This document shows, piece after piece, positions 49,169-63,090 of a stretch of 64,000 nucleotides of DNA; the stretch's first letter is position 1; each line of letters begins with the position of its first letter. The position numbers were made by a program, and so were the translations under genes. The notes under the pieces are model-generated. The model was given only the letters and a program-made list of their open reading frames with translations, did no database searches and had not been told where the DNA came from. The stretch is from Mobula birostris (Eukaryota): assembly GCF_030028105.1 (NCBI RefSeq), contig NC_092399.1:24572881-24636880 (forward strand), read 5' to 3'.

Positions 49169-51279
49169 TTTCCAGCTAACAAAGTAGTGTAAGCACAGTT
49201 TTTTAAAAATTTTTATTGATACACATTTAATTTTAGACTAATAGTTCTTAACACACATTTAAAATACATAAAGGATTTATAAAAGATTTTTGAATTTCAA
49301 AAGATTTATAAACTACAAAGGATTTCCAAACACAGGTACAATTCTTACGAACTAAAAGAACATACCAATGAACTACAGAAGAATGAGTTGTCCGTCACAG
49401 AAATGGAAGGTTAAAGAATGAAATCTACTTGTATTTACTGTCACCCTGTCTTTCTGTCATTTTCTTTGACATTTCTAACAATCCCCAAAGCTTTTTTTTT
49501 TAACATTTATACTGTTTTGCTACAAGCTGACAGTATCTGCATGTGATGTTTCTCAGATATCTTTGCTGGGACAATGTAATTCACATAAATGTTCTAAAAG
49601 CTTCTGGAGATAGAGAGCCCAGACTTCTAAAATTAATGCTGTGAAATCTGACTCTCTGAGTACACACATATCCCGGCTACTGATTGATCAACTATACCTG
49701 TGACCATGTTTGATGTGCTAAGTAACAAAATTAGCCTGGTCTACAAGCTTCCTTGAACTCAGTCACAATGGTGCAAATAACTTAGCCAGTGTTGATTTGA
49801 TGCGGGTCAATTAACCTAACCCCATTGCCTCATGTTGATTAAACATAGCTCTACAAGACCTCACTCCTTATTTGTTTACACCAAGAAAGTGAGCAAGGAA
49901 TATCGATTAGAAGTTTAACCTTGTCAAAAACAACTCGGACCCTTTGGAAGGGTGATGCTGATGCGCAAGAAATTTGCAATCAGCAATAAAACTCTTGGAT
50001 CCTGGAAAGTGACTATCCATCTCACCATAGCAGCCTACCATGTAGAACCTTATCAAAAGCTTTATTGAAGTCCATATAAATTACATCTACTATCCTACTC
50101 TAATCAGCTTTCTTGACCAGAATAGGGGCTATCAGTCCAATCAGAAGGAGAAGTGGCAGTGGACTTAGAGAAACACCTGAAGGGATCTTGTATCTTAGAT
50201 ATTTCATGATCAAATGCAATTCATTGATACAGTATAAAATGAAATTTGAGTAGTTTTCAAGCCCAAGATTCTTCTTTTGCAATCTTAGGATATTGCTCAT
50301 AAGGTCAAACTTTATTATTTGTCTTTAGTTTTCTAGAAAAACATGATGGTTTCTCACATTCCTGAACCTCTACGGTTGTATTGCTTTGTAGTACATATAT
50401 TTGACTGATTGACTGAAAAGGTCAATCCAACACATATTTAGCAATGAACTGCATGGGTTTGCAAATGATACCATATATCAGCTCTTAACCCAGATTTTTG
50501 AAGAACTCCTCAAGCAAATCTTGCAGAATTTGAATTGATTGTTTTAAGTTTGACCTTGGGTTGCCAGAGCATTAATATGCAATTACATAATCTACCCAAC
50601 TCAAATATTGTACTTTGAAGTTCTGATGAGAAACTTCGGTTTTATTCCCAGGTTGGCAGATTCAATTAATGCAGAGCCATATCAAATCAATGCTATTGGG
50701 GAATGGCAGAGGCTTCCTCAACAACATCCCAATGTAAGCATTCATGGGGGGGCAACAGTGATGCAGTTGCAGGCAAATAAAGTTTGAGTCTATTGTTCCA
50801 GAGACACAAGCTGGAATCCCACCATGACAGTTTGTGTTTCTGGATCAATAGTTTAATTCCAGCAGCTGAAATTTAAATTAAAATAATTAAATAAATCTAA
50901 AATTTGAAATAAGATCTAATCTCAGCAATACTAATTATGAAACTACCAGATTGTTTAAAAAATCCTGATGCCACTAACGTCCTTCAGGGGAAGAAGTCTA
51001 CCCTGCTTATCTTGTCTCGCAAAAATGTGACCATAAACCTATTCATGATAATCTGTCTAATATCAGAGCAATTTGTACTTAAATTTAGACTGCCAATTTC
51101 TATACTTACTGATATTACAGAAACCAGTTTTTAAAGTTATTTAAATAAATATTTCTGCAACCTCTTCACAAAACTCAAAACTGGATGTGAAAGAAAATTC
51201 TGAATAAAGAGTTAAAAGATCTGAGTTGCTAATGGGCTGCATCTTCATTTAATTAACAAACTATCTATGTGGTGCGTGT

Positions 51280-51580
51280 TGGCGCGTGGCCAAGCAGTTA
51301 AGGAGTTCGTCTAGTGATTTGAAGGTCGCTAGTTCGAGCCTTAGCTGAGGCAGCGTGTGTGTCCTTGAGCAAGGCACTTAACCACACATTGTTCTGCGAC
51401 GACACCGGTGCCAAGCTGTATGGGTCCTAATGCCCTTCCCTTGGATAACATTGGTGGCGTGGAGAGGGGAGACTTGCAGCATGGGCAACTACTGGTCTTC
51501 CATACAACCTTGCCCAGACCTGCATCCTGGAAACCCTCCAAGGTGCAGTCCATGGTCTCACGAGACTAATGGATGCCTAT
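51280..51580 (+). repeat. tRNA-CORE SINE with RTE-like tail, copy 3
   Basis: Same family as 8244 and 16550; (TA)n tail; flanking repeat atctatgtg. Confidence 0.8.
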
Positions 51581-51601
51581 ATATATATATATATATATCT
51601 A

Positions 51602-52141
51602 TGTGATGCTAGCCCCTAAACCTTAGTGCATAACACAGCTACGTAAACAAGATGAAGACAGTGAAGGTCATGAACTGTGGGGAGGACTCCGTGGGCTGTC
51701 AAGTCCCTGACCATTAAGAGGTGTCCTGGTTTTCCTTCCCCTGTTATGTACTGACACGTAAAACAAGTTACACCTTTGTACTTTAAGGGCTTAATGAACT
51801 TTTTATATTATTGTAAATAAAAATTCACTATTCAGCCTTAGGCTCTCAGTATGCTTGCAGTAATCTGTCTTAAGTTTCAAGGATGAATAACAAGTTATCC
51901 TTTTCTATTGTGGACATAATACGCTGTGTGACAAGACAGGCTGTCTCGAACAATTGTAAGTTACGCAGGATTTAATTATTTTAAACTTTGGTTGATGTAA
52001 TTGACTTTCTGTGTGCATGTATAAAAAGTCTATGACTGTTACTTTTTAGAAGATTGGCGACCGCACTTTTAGTGGTCATTCTCCCCTTATTCATAAAAAA
52101 AGATGTTCTTCAGAGTCCGTGTCCAATTAATTTCCCTCACA
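51602..52141 (+). mobile_element. Possible solo LTR
   Basis: tgtga...tcaca ends, TATA-like tataaaaa near 52020; no clear TSD. Confidence 0.4.
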
Positions 52142-52229
52142 CTGCAGCTCAAGATTCTTAAATGGAACAGAACTTGATAGTGACTGAAGTCTGATATTCT
52201 GAGAGGCACTATTTTGTTTTTCTCAGCTT

Positions 52230-53790
52230 AAGTTGGTAAAACCTGAGGTACAGGCACAGTCAAGCACATTCATTTCTCAATTGATAGAAACTTTCGGACT
52301 GTAAAAGTGGCATTTATTATTGTGGCTCTCTGAAGATTAGGCCCAATTGTTTAATGCTATTGTGTAATGACTTTGGGATAGCACCAGTTGTAGATATTAC
52401 TATTGAGACAATGCATACCCTGTTCATGTTCCATAGTCTTTCTATTTCCTTTTTTTACTTCGGCATATTTCTGGTGCTTTTCCTGTATTGATTTCTGTAT
52501 GTTGTGTGTAGTTTGGAATAGCTATATCTATTAAGCAAGTTGTTCTTACTTGTTTAATCTGTAATATTATATCCAGACAGTTATTATGGCTTGCCCTCTG
52601 TGTAATAATGGATTGATGGTAATATAATTTGTAGGACTCTAACACTAAAACTGGATCAACCTTGTATTTATAGTAAGGTATGCTGTCTTTCATGAGTTTG
52701 AATTTTAAAGCAAGATTTTGGTGAATGACGTTTGCAACTTGATTGTGCCTGCCTAAGTAATCAGATTGAGTTAAACTACTGCAGGAACCTGTAATGCGTT
52801 GGATTGTTTCTGGCTTCTCTTGGTATTTTCTGCACTTATCATCTTGAATTTATTGTTTGTTGATTAAGTATTTTTGTGTTTTTTTGTGTTAACCACCTGA
52901 TACTGTATTGCCATAAGGGACCCGTCTGCTTCTGGGAAGTGGCCTCCAACTCTGAGCCAGATGTTCAACACTTTCTTGTCAACATCTAATCTACTCAGAT
53001 CGTTGGGATGTCTTCAATGGAGGATCATACTTTTCCATTGGTTAACCATTTCTTCCATAGTGATAATTCTTCATTTTTCTGGGTCATGCTTTCATTTAAG
53101 TTTAATGATATGTATTTCTTATCAGAATTGTATATGCTTGCTTGGAGTGCTGATTCCTGTTTTCATTGATGAAAATATGACCTTAGATGTTTTATCTGAC
53201 TTTGTATAATTTTTAATGCCTGTTATTCCTCTTTTTCTTTCTGTTTTAGGTCATGTTAATGTAAACACATTCGAATGTACGTAGTGTTTTCTAAAATTTG
53301 TCATTACAGTCCTTGTTTTTCTTTGTAAATATTTCAGATAAGTTTCAGACCAAGATATTATTCCGAGAAAACACATTAGTATGGGTATAGCAAAAGAGTT
53401 TATTGCCTTTATTATATTTTTATTGTTGAGTTTTGTTTTGCAGATTTTCATAAGCTTTGAAGTAAATTCTGTTGAAATTTTTCCCTTTATCGCACTATGA
53501 TCGATTTTCTTTTCTTGTTACATATTCATCCGCTGGTTGTATTGTATCCTACTGCTCTGTTTTATATTCTACTATCTCTGTTGCATCCTTCTTTATATTT
53601 AATGTTCTGCAGTCATCGAATCCAAAGTTCATGTTTATATCTTTAGGAAACCATTCTACGATTTGAATGAATTGCTTCAGCTTTATTGCCCATATATAGA
53701 AGGTATGTCAAAGTGTAACTCATTTGGTAGTCTCTGATTTGATACCCAATTTTTGTCCAGTTTAGTAAATTAGAGAGTGGGTTTAAAACT
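52230..53790 (-). mobile_element. R4/Dong-clade non-LTR retrotransposon (RT thumb to restriction-like endonuclease), degraded
   Basis: KTKLNNKNIIKAINSFAIPIL; YKLYYHQSIIT...NNCLDIIL...CLIDIAIPN. Confidence 0.8.
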
Positions 53791-53884
53791 AGTCTAGTTA
53801 CAGAGTTGCCCTGAGAATTGCCTCACTTTATTTTGATAACAGTGGTTGTTCTCTCATCGTTGTTAATAGGGAGATTATAGTACA

Positions 53885-54905
53885 CTGGTGCTTCATCACA
53901 TTTTGGAGGAATTTCGCAATATTGGGCATGGATCGAATTAAAAGTGGTAATGAATCAGCATATGGGAGAGAGACTGAAAATTTGGCTGAGTGCTGCCATA
54001 GCAACAACCTCTTACTCAAAGTCTGCAAGATGAAGGAGCTGATCATTGACTTCAGAAGAAGGAAACCAGAGGTCCATGGGCCAGTCCTCATCAGAGGATC
54101 AGAGATGGAGATGGTCAACAGCTTTAAATTCCTCTATATTATTATTCTGGAGGACCTGTTCCTGGGCCCAGCATGTAAGTGCAATTATAAAGAAAGCATG
54201 GCAGCACCTCCGCTTCCTTTGGAGTTTGCAAAGATTTGGCTTGACATCTAAAGCTTTGACAACCTTCTACGGAAACGTGGAGATTATATTGACTGGCTGC
54301 ATCATAACCTGGTATGGAAGCATCAATGCCCTTGAATGGAAAATCCTGCAAAATGTAGTGGATATGACCCAGTCCATCACAGGTAAAGCTCTCCCCACCA
54401 TAGAGTACATCTATACGAAATGCTATTGCAGGAAAACTCCATCATCAGAGGCCCTCACCACCCAGGACCTGCTCTCTTCTTGCTGCCACCATCAGGAAGA
54501 AGGTACAGGAGCCCCAGGAGTCACACCACCAGGCTCAGGAACAGTTATTACCCCTCAACCATCAGGCTCTTGAACCAATAGGGTTAACTTCACTCAACTT
54601 CTCTTGCCCCATCATTGAAATGTTCCAACAACCTATGGGCTCACTTTCAAGGACTCTTCATCTCATGTTCTTGATATTTATTGCTTATTTATTTATTATT
54701 ATTATTTCTTTATTTTTGTACTATCTTGATCTGTTGTCTTTTGCACACTGTTTGAATGCCCAGGTTGATGTGGTCTTTCATTGACTCTGTTATGGTTATT
54801 ATTTTATGAACTTTTTTAACTACACCCACAAGAAAATGAGTCTCAGAATTGTATATGGTTACATATATGTACTTTGATAATAAAATTTACTTTGAAATTT
54901 CAACT
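53885..54905 (+). mobile_element. Rex1-type LINE 3' portion
   Basis: NESAYGRETENLAECC..NNLLL..KMKELIIDFRR; KKAWQHLRFL. Confidence 0.85.
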
Positions 54906-55307
54906 TTGTAGTTCATATATATTAATTGCTCCTATTAATCATGAGTGTGGAACAGAATCAAATACTTTTTGTTAGTCGATATAGCAACAGGAAAGATTTC
55001 TGCTTTTCCACTGAGCTTGACTTAGAATCTTGTTGTTCTTTACATCCTTTCAAACCCTTACGGCATCCTTTCTGCTCTTCTGTAAGTATATTTTGGTTGT
55101 CTAAGTGAGTGGTGATTCATTGTGAGATACGTGCTGTTACAATTTTATGTATAGTAAATAGGATGACATTTTGAATGGTCATTTGTGATTTCTCCTTCAG
55201 GTAAGAGATATATTTTACCTTCTGTCAAAAATTTGGCCATTTTTTCAGGATTTTAAAGAAATTTGTTGATACGCATTAATAGTTATGGATGAAGGTAAGT
55301 AAATTTT

Positions 55308-55915
55308 TATACTTTGTACTTTATTGTCACCAAACAATTGATACTAGAACGTACAATCATCACAGCAATATTTGATTCTGCGTTTCGCACTCCCTGGAGT
55401 ACAAATCTATAGTAAATATTAAAAGTTTAAATTATAAATCGTAAATAGAAAAGGGAAAGTAAGGTAGTGCAAAAAAACCGAGAGGCGGGTCCGGATATTT
55501 GGAGGGTACGGCCCAGATCCGGGTCAGGATCCGTTCAGCAGTCTTATCACAGTTGGAAAGAAACTGTTCCCAAATCTGGCTGTACGAGTCTTCAAGCTCC
55601 TGAGCCTTCTCCTGGAGGGAAGAGGGACGAAAAGTGTGTTAGCTGGGTGGGTTGTGTCCTTGATTATCCTGGCAGCACTGCTCCGACAGTGTGCAGTGTA
55701 AGGTGAGTCCTAGGATGGAAGATTGGTTTGTGTGATGTGCTGGGCTGTGTTCACAATCTTCTGCAGCTTCTTCCGGTTGTGGACAGGACAACTTCCATAC
55801 CAGGTTGTGATGCACCCTAGAAGAATGCTTTCTACGGTGCATCTATAAAAATTAGTGAGGGTTTTAGGGGACAGGCCAAATTTCTTTCGCTTTCTCAGGA
55901 AGTAAAGGCGCTGGT
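55308..55915 (-). mobile_element. Rex1-type LINE 3' portion
   Basis: HQRLYFLRK.KKFGLSPKTLTNFYRCTVESILLGCITTWYG. Confidence 0.85.
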
Positions 55916-56129
55916 GGTGCATAGTTATAAAATAATTATGAACATTAACAGTGCTGGTACTTTATTTGTGGGTATTTTTTATAACTGCCTTGAGCATATC
56001 CATTGTAACTTCAGGAGTCTACATATCTTCAATCATGTAAGTGTCTTCTTTTTCCTCCTTAAATCAGCTTGCTTCCTGATTGTGCATCGCCCTGTTTGAC
56101 CATTATTTACTTATTTGTTTGTTTGTTTG

Positions 56130-56392
56130 TTCATTATTGAGTAGGCCCTTCTGGCCCTTCAAGCCATACTGCCCAGCAGCCCTTAATTTAACCCTAGCCT
56201 AATCATGGGACAATTTACAAAACCATCTGGTGCTTGCTTGGACTGTGGGAGGAAGTCAGAGAACTCGGAGGAAACCCAATCAGTCATAGGGAAAACGTAA
56301 AAAAATACTTACCGACGGCGGTGGGAATTCAACCTGGGTCGCTGGTACCATAAAGCCTTGTGCTAACCACTACGGCTCCATGCTGCCCCATA
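56130..56392 (-). repeat. V-SINE
   Basis: tggactgtgggaggaagtcagagaactcggaggaaaccc with a tRNA-like head at the right end. Confidence 0.7.
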
Positions 56393-57257
56393 ATAATAGT
56401 AAATATTATTATTAATATCATCTCATAATACATTATCATTTAAGTCCTGAGGTTATACATGGTTTTATGTAAATTCAAGGGCTCCTACAGTACACCTGTA
56501 GAAAGGTAACAATACAAAACAGAATAAAACCAATTAACATTAAGGCCAACTAAATTATGAAATAAATTAAGCAACTAAATGCACTGAAATGAAATGTTTG
56601 TTGCACATGTCGCCTACATTTGAATTCATCAACTTTACTGCACAGCTTGTGTCTTATTGAAGCAGTTTAAGAGGTGCCCAAATTAATCAAGTAAGCATCA
56701 TCCACTTTCTTTCTTCCAAGAGCATTCAGAATATACAACCAGGATTTCCATAATTCATTGAATTTTAATGCCTGTGGAGTGTGACAAAATAGTTTTTTTA
56801 TATATTGTGAAGTGTTTGATGTGGGTGCACGTTCATTGTTTGAGCTCTCAGTCTTATTCGCCTCAAATTTATTAAGTAAAACAAAACACTCAGCACAACA
56901 AAACACCTTTGAATTTGCTTCATAGATTAATTCTTCTATAGCTTAGCAGTGTTCTTTTTGGTATTGAAAAGGATGAATGTTTCTACAACTTGCAGGTCTG
57001 TTAAGTACCAGCAATATTCTTCAATGTCGTGAATTTATTATTGTGTTCTTTGAAACTGAAAGGTCTGCTGCATCTTAACCGTTGTCCCCACTGTTGTAAA
57101 GTGGAAGTTTCCTATTGTCATATGTCCTGGCACTCAGTGTCTTTGTGCTTTCTACTTATCTTCATTCAAGGTGTGTGGAGGCTGCATTGCATTTGAGGTA
57201 TTCAAGTTGTGGTGGGCAACATAAGTTAGAAAATGTTTAAAGCACATTATTTTTATT

Positions 57258-57795
57258 TAGCAATGCAGCATGGAGTAGATCTTCTGGCCCTTTGAGCTAC
57301 GCCACCCAGTAACCCCACAACCCCGGTTAACGCTAACAAGACAATTTACCACGCCCAATTAATCTACCCGGTACATCCTTGGAATGTGGGAGGCAACCGG
57401 AGCGCCCGGGGAAAACCCGCACTTCCCAAGGGGAGGACGGGCAGAGTAGCGGTATGGCGCCGGAATTCAACTTTGAACGCCGGAGCGCCCCAAACTGTAA
57501 TAGCACCTCGCTAACTGCTACGCTACTGCAGTGCCCAAACACGCAGTGAAACATGCAGTTTTTGCGTCCATGGCCAACATAGTCCGGGGATTGTACGGGG
57601 AGGGGGTTGGCCTGCAGGTGTTGCCATGCCTGCTACTCATTGAGCCTTTGGGATGTGGGAGGAAGCTAGGGTCCCAACAGGGTCACCGGGAGAATGTATA
57701 AACTCCTCATAGACAGTGGTGGGAACCGAACCCTGATCAGTGTGCGCTGGCACTGTGAAGAGATTGTGCTCACCGCTACACTACCGTGCCACCCG
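57258..57795 (-). repeat. Cluster of V-SINE copies/fragments
   Basis: tggaatgtgggaggcaaccggagcgcccggggaaaaccc and a second V domain near 57650. Confidence 0.65.
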
Positions 57796-58324
57796 TGATA
57801 TCTTACGGGGGGCAAGAGAGACAGTGGATGCTAGTAATTGTAGCGATATGAGGAACTCAACGGGTCAACACTTCCTCTGCCTTCACCCTACAAATGCTGC
57901 TGTGGAGAAGGACATGGAAAGGAAATGTCAGCTCACTGAGTTCCTCCAGCTGATTGTTTGCTTCCTGACACCACATAGAGCAATCTACTTTGAGGGGAGC
58001 TCTGAACCACTCTTCCTCCCCCTTCTCACCACCACAGCCTCCCAATGTTTTTGTTCAATAAATGAAGAAATAATCCATCCTCGCTCTATTGGTGGTGACT
58101 CAAGGTACTCTCCCTCCCTGACTCCCAGCCCACCTTTGAGCTCTACCAATATTTACTCCTCAAACCCCAGTGCACTGAGAGAAAAAGAAGTGACTGTTAC
58201 CAACCTGTGTCTGGGGAGGAGATCCTTCAAAAAATTCAGTAAATAGCACAAGGAAAGGTGAAATAGACATGGCGCAGATACTCAGTAGTTCTGACAGTAT
58301 TAGTGGAGAGAGAAATAAAAGAAA

Positions 58325-59122
58325 GTAGAACATAGAAGAGTAGAGCACAATAGAGACCCTTCAGCTGACGATGTTTTGCCGAACTTATAAACTACTCTAA
58401 GATCAATCTAACCCTTCCCTCCTGCATAGCCCTCCCTCCATTTTTCTTTCGTCCAGGTGCCTATCTAAGAATTTCTTAAATGTTTCTAACGTATGTCCCT
58501 CTACCCCCATCACCAGCAGTGCATTCCATGCGCTTACTGTTCCCTATACCAGGCTGTGATGCGACCAGCCAATGCACTCTCCACTACACATAGAAAGACA
58601 GAAAACCTACAGCACAATACAGGCCCTTTGGCCTACAAAGCTGTGCCGAACATGTCCTTACCCTAGAAATTACCTAGGGTTACCCATAGCCCTCTATTTT
58701 TCTGAGCTCCATGTACCTGTCCAGGAGTCTCTTAAAAGACCATATCTATTCCGATTGGGATATCTATTACAGTTTGTCTCAGTTTTAGGTGTCATGCCGG
58801 ATTACCGCAGATTCCTAAGGGAGTAGACGTGCTGCCGTGCTTTCTTCACAATTGCTCTTACGTGCTGGGTCTGGGACAGATCCTCTGAAACTTATAGTTA
58901 ACGCCCAGGACCTTATAGTTGCTAAACCTCTCCACCTCTTCTGATGAGGACTGGCTCATGGACCTCTGGTTTCCCTTTCCTGAAATCTACAATCAGCTTC
59001 TTGGTCTCTCATTGAGTGAGAGATTGTTGTAAAGACATCATTCAGCCAGATTTTCAACTTCCCTCCTGAATGCTGATTCATCACCACCTTTGATTCAGCC
59101 CATAACAATGTTGTCATCAGCA
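58325..59122 (-). mobile_element. Nested CR1 3' ends and Rex1 fragment
   Basis: CR1 tails at about 58325-58530 and 58588-58750; Rex1 sequence homologous to 2490-2885. Confidence 0.7.
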
Positions 59123-59186
59123 AACTTGCTTAGCCACAGTCAGAGGTGTAAAGCAAATAGAGCAGGGGGCTCTTGTGGTGCAGTGT

Positions 59187-59187
<1 letters not shown>

Positions 59188-59228
<41 letters not shown>
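59188..59228 (+). repeat. (CA)n microsatellite
   Basis: Direct observation. Confidence 0.95.
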
Positions 59229-59235
<7 letters not shown>

Positions 59236-59299
59236 TTCGTGTGCAATACCTTGGCCTCAACGTCCACTTTTCAAGTGGTTGCCTTGGAGGAAAGATTCT

Positions 59300-59448
59300 G
59301 TGAGTGGTCCCCCACATCCTTCTCACAGCGCAGTCTTTTTTTTTACGAGGCCGAGTTGGAAAGCGTGCCGGGGAGCGGCCCGACTGGGTTCGAACTCGGG
59401 AACCTTCGCTCCGGAGTCCGGTGCTGATGTCATTGCGCCACCAGCTGG
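59300..59448 (-). repeat. tRNA-derived SINE
   Basis: Reverse complement has A box tggcgcaatg and B box gttcgaacc. Confidence 0.6.
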
Positions 59449-61106
59449 TACACACATACACACACTAAAAAACTGGAGGAACTCAACACGTCAGGAACTC
59501 AGCATCCATTGAAATGAATAAACAGTCAATGTATCAGGCCGAGACCCGTCATCAACATCCATAACTTTATACTAAGATTGTTAAAGGTGAATCCTAATGC
59601 TAAAGGAGTTATATTATATCGACATACTCCAACACTGCACCACATTACATATAATACATTCCAAAAGTGGACAATTCTCTGTACAACAGTGAAGGGTAGT
59701 TTCATTTTAACACAAGGGGTTAAAAGATAAATGCATTTTTAATGAAAGATTAAAGAAATCCAATTGAAAGAAACACAGTTTAATGCCTTGGGCTGTTGAT
59801 CTTAAAATTGGAAAACTAATTATTCAAAGAAACAAAATAAAGAAATAATTGTAGTTAAAGGTCAAGGCCAGAAATGTGTGCAAAGAAGTTGCAATCGTTG
59901 AAATCCTGGATTATAAAAAAAGTCACTTGATTGAAAACACATCTCAAATGACAAAAAGGTCAGGAAAAATGCCCAAGAACAGAGAGTGAAGTCCAAAGAG
60001 AATGGAATGCCACCAGGAACATTTGAGTTAATATAGTGCGAGCTCAGGTCACTGTTGCTCACTGTGTCTCATTAAATTCATTGGAGAAATCTGTGTACTG
60101 TCATTGCTGAAAAAACATGGCAAGGTCAGGGAGAACTGAGGGCATTGTAAAATTTGAGTTTTATTTGGGTGTTAATTCCCCTGTCAAAAACAGCCAGTGC
60201 GTCATTGTCATCAACAGAAAAATGGGCAGGAATGATTTCAGATAATAACTTGACTGAAAGAGATGTTGTGAGTGGAAGTGGTCAATCGTATTCAGTCTCA
60301 GCCAATTTTCAATTAAAATCATTGCCATGAGGCTTCTGTCTCTCTTTATTCCATGGTTGAATGAAGCTTATAATGATTGTATATGAAGACTCATTATCCC
60401 AATCTATATATCAAAATTATGATTATTAATTAGAAAATTTAAACCATTGTAGGAAGTTTTTGTAGCAAGTCTCACATGTTGACTTGGTCTTTTGTCTCTG
60501 GTAGAAAAGTAATAAGAGCACAACTGTCATGAGCTCTGCGGGCCTCTGCGGTGAACTGTAGAGTGTTGGGCCTCTTGGTGCCTCGGGCACCTGCCTTTAC
60601 TTATTGTTGTCTTAACTAGAGATGTTAAGACTTTGTGCTTTCTGTTTAATCTTTCAATATCTAGCTGTGGTGTATCTTGACAGGATGTTTTCTGTGGTGT
60701 GCCTTTAAAAATTGGCGAGGGTCTTCAGGGACAAGCTAAATTTCCTTAACCTCCTAAGGAACTAAAGGCACTGGTGTGTTTTCTTGGCGATAATGTCCAT
60801 GTGGATGGAGCAGTACAAATTTTTTTATGGTGTTATTACTATTTATTATTTATGGTGCAACTGTAACGAAAACCAATTTACCCCGGGATCAATAAAGTAT
60901 GACTATGACTATGACTATGTTAATTGTGACTGACACGGGTTTTCTGCATTCTATGATTATTTAACGCAAATCCCCCCTCCTCCTTTAGCGCTTATTGCGG
61001 GGTCCTTGTGTGGAGAATGATTTGTCTTGTGGTGTCGCTCAGTCATGCCAGTGATGCTCCGTTGATATTCCTGTGTATAATCTCTTGTTGTTGTCTCTAC
61101 ACAGAA

Positions 61107-61260
61107 GCCTGCCATTCCTCCGCACCCGAGTTCAGTCATTGCCAGCACTCACCCAGATAGAGTCTGCCATTCCTCCGCACCCGGGTTCAGTCATCGCCAG
61201 CACGCACCGTGACCAAGTCTGTCGTTCCTCCGCACCTGCGTTCAGTCATTGCCAGTGTCA
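61107..61260 (+). repeat. Three imperfect tandem copies of a ~55-bp unit
   Basis: ttcctccgcacc..gttcagtcat.gccag recurs at about 61114, 61169 and 61225. Confidence 0.8.
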
Positions 61261-61679
61261 CCATGACAACCACATTTTGATTGCTCTTCAAATTACATAA
61301 CGCTCAGTCCGGTGTTTGAAGCAGGGAGTTGCAAGTTTGGTGCAGTTAGTTCCTGCAGTGGATATTATGATTACTTCTATAAAATTACTCATTGATCACC
61401 TTAAGAAATATCAGGAATAAATAAACTATGCAATTACAAATTGCGTTCCTCTTGTGGAATATCATAAATACAACAGAACCAGAATCAGGTTTAATATTCC
61501 TGGCATGTGTTGTGAAATTTGTTAACTTTGTGGCAGCAATACAGTGCAATACATGATAACAGAGAGAAAAAACTGTGAATTACAGTAAATATATATATGT
61601 ATACATAATAGTTAAATAAACAGTGCAAAACTTAGGAAATAAAAAGTAGTGAGGTGGTGTCATGGGTTCAATGTACATC

Positions 61680-62720
61680 TCCAAAAATTTGTACTGCTCC
61701 ATCCACATGGACATTATGGCCAAGAAAGCGCCTTTAGTTCCTTAGGAGGTTAAGGAAATCTGGCTTGTCCCTGAAGACCCTCGCCAATTTTTAAAGGCAC
61801 ACCATGGAAACCATCCTGTCAAGATACACCACAGCTAGATATTGAAACTGCTCAGCCGAGACAAGGTGGTAATTACCAGCTGCAGAGATTACTGTCTTCA
61901 TGGCTGTGAACACACTTTTGTAAACATTATTCCCGAATGTTATTTGCTTACTTTTTTTTGCACTATTTGTTTTATTTTTGCACACTGTAGTTTTTTACTG
62001 GGTCTATTGTGTTTCTTAGTTTTATGGCTGCCTGTAAGGAGACAAATCTCAAGGTCGTATACATAATTTGTTAATTAATGTACTTTAAACAAGAAATTGC
62101 GAAGTCTATCATGAAAACCAGTCTCCCTTCCTACGTTCCCTCCAAGCTGTGCGGTCGCACACGTTTTTCAACCAGTGCACAAAGGAAATTAATGTGCGCA
62201 CAAAAGGTTAGTTACCTAAAATAATGTAGTAATTAATAATTATACTTACTGAAAATAATCTTTTAGCTAAATGTTTCTGTTAACTAGTCGGTTTTTCAAA
62301 CACCACAATACAGTTTTATGTCAAATATTTTGTAAACTTACATAAAATGTGCCATGTGAGCATTCAGTGCGCACATACTTTTGTCACAGGAAAAAATTTG
62401 CACAACATAAGATTTTTGCGCACAGTGACTACTAAAAATTGGAGGGAACATTGCTCCCTTCCATTGAATTTGTCTACACTTCCTGCTGCCTTGAGAAAGC
62501 ATTCAAGATGATCAATGACCTCTCCCAACTGGTCATTCTATCATCTTCCCACCTTCCACTGGGGACGAGATACCAAAGTTTGATAACACGTACTACCAGA
62601 CTCCAGGACAACTTCTACTCCGCTGTTAGCAGACTCTTAAACAGATCTCTAGCATGATAAAGATGATCTCTCAGCCTACCTTGTCATAGCTCTTGCACTT
62701 TATTTGTCTATCTGCTTGGC
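61680..62720 (+). mobile_element. Rex1-type LINE 3' portion, fragmented by insertions
   Basis: LPSIEFVYTSCCLEKA...LPLGTRYQSLITRTTRLQDNFY. Confidence 0.75.
62131..62453. mobile_element. hAT MITE
   Basis: TIRs ctacgttccctccaa / ttggagggaacattg; 8-bp TSD ctcccttc at 62123-62130 and 62454-62461. Confidence 0.9.
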
Positions 62721-63090
62721 ACTTCCTTTGTAACTGCTTTGCCATTTTCTGCATTTGCCAGGAATCAGAACATCACTGGCGTATTGCTGTAAAATTACTG
62801 TTTTGCAGCAGCAGTAAAAATACATATTTTGTTGAGTAACAAATAAAGCATGCATTATTAAAAGTTTCCATGTGAAGCCTATAAGCAGAACAACTGGATT
62901 ATCAAAGATTATCATTGGAGCTGGGATTTGTAGAAATTCATTCTGCTTGCAGTCTTATTTTGTTATATTTTAACTTCATGTGCGATAAAATAATGGTTCA
63001 TTTTGCCTCACAGTTCACTTATATTTCAATCACCTTGCACTTGGAGAGTTTCAAAAAAGGCTGCCAGTTCACTGACACTGAAAACAAATG

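Noticed and set aside
57740-58246. 168-aa plus-strand ORF
   Set aside because: Begins in a V-SINE and runs through pLTR-like remnants; no recognisable homology
60925-61268. Possible solo LTR around the 55-bp tandem repeat
   Set aside because: TG..CA ends can be found but no convincing TSD or second copy
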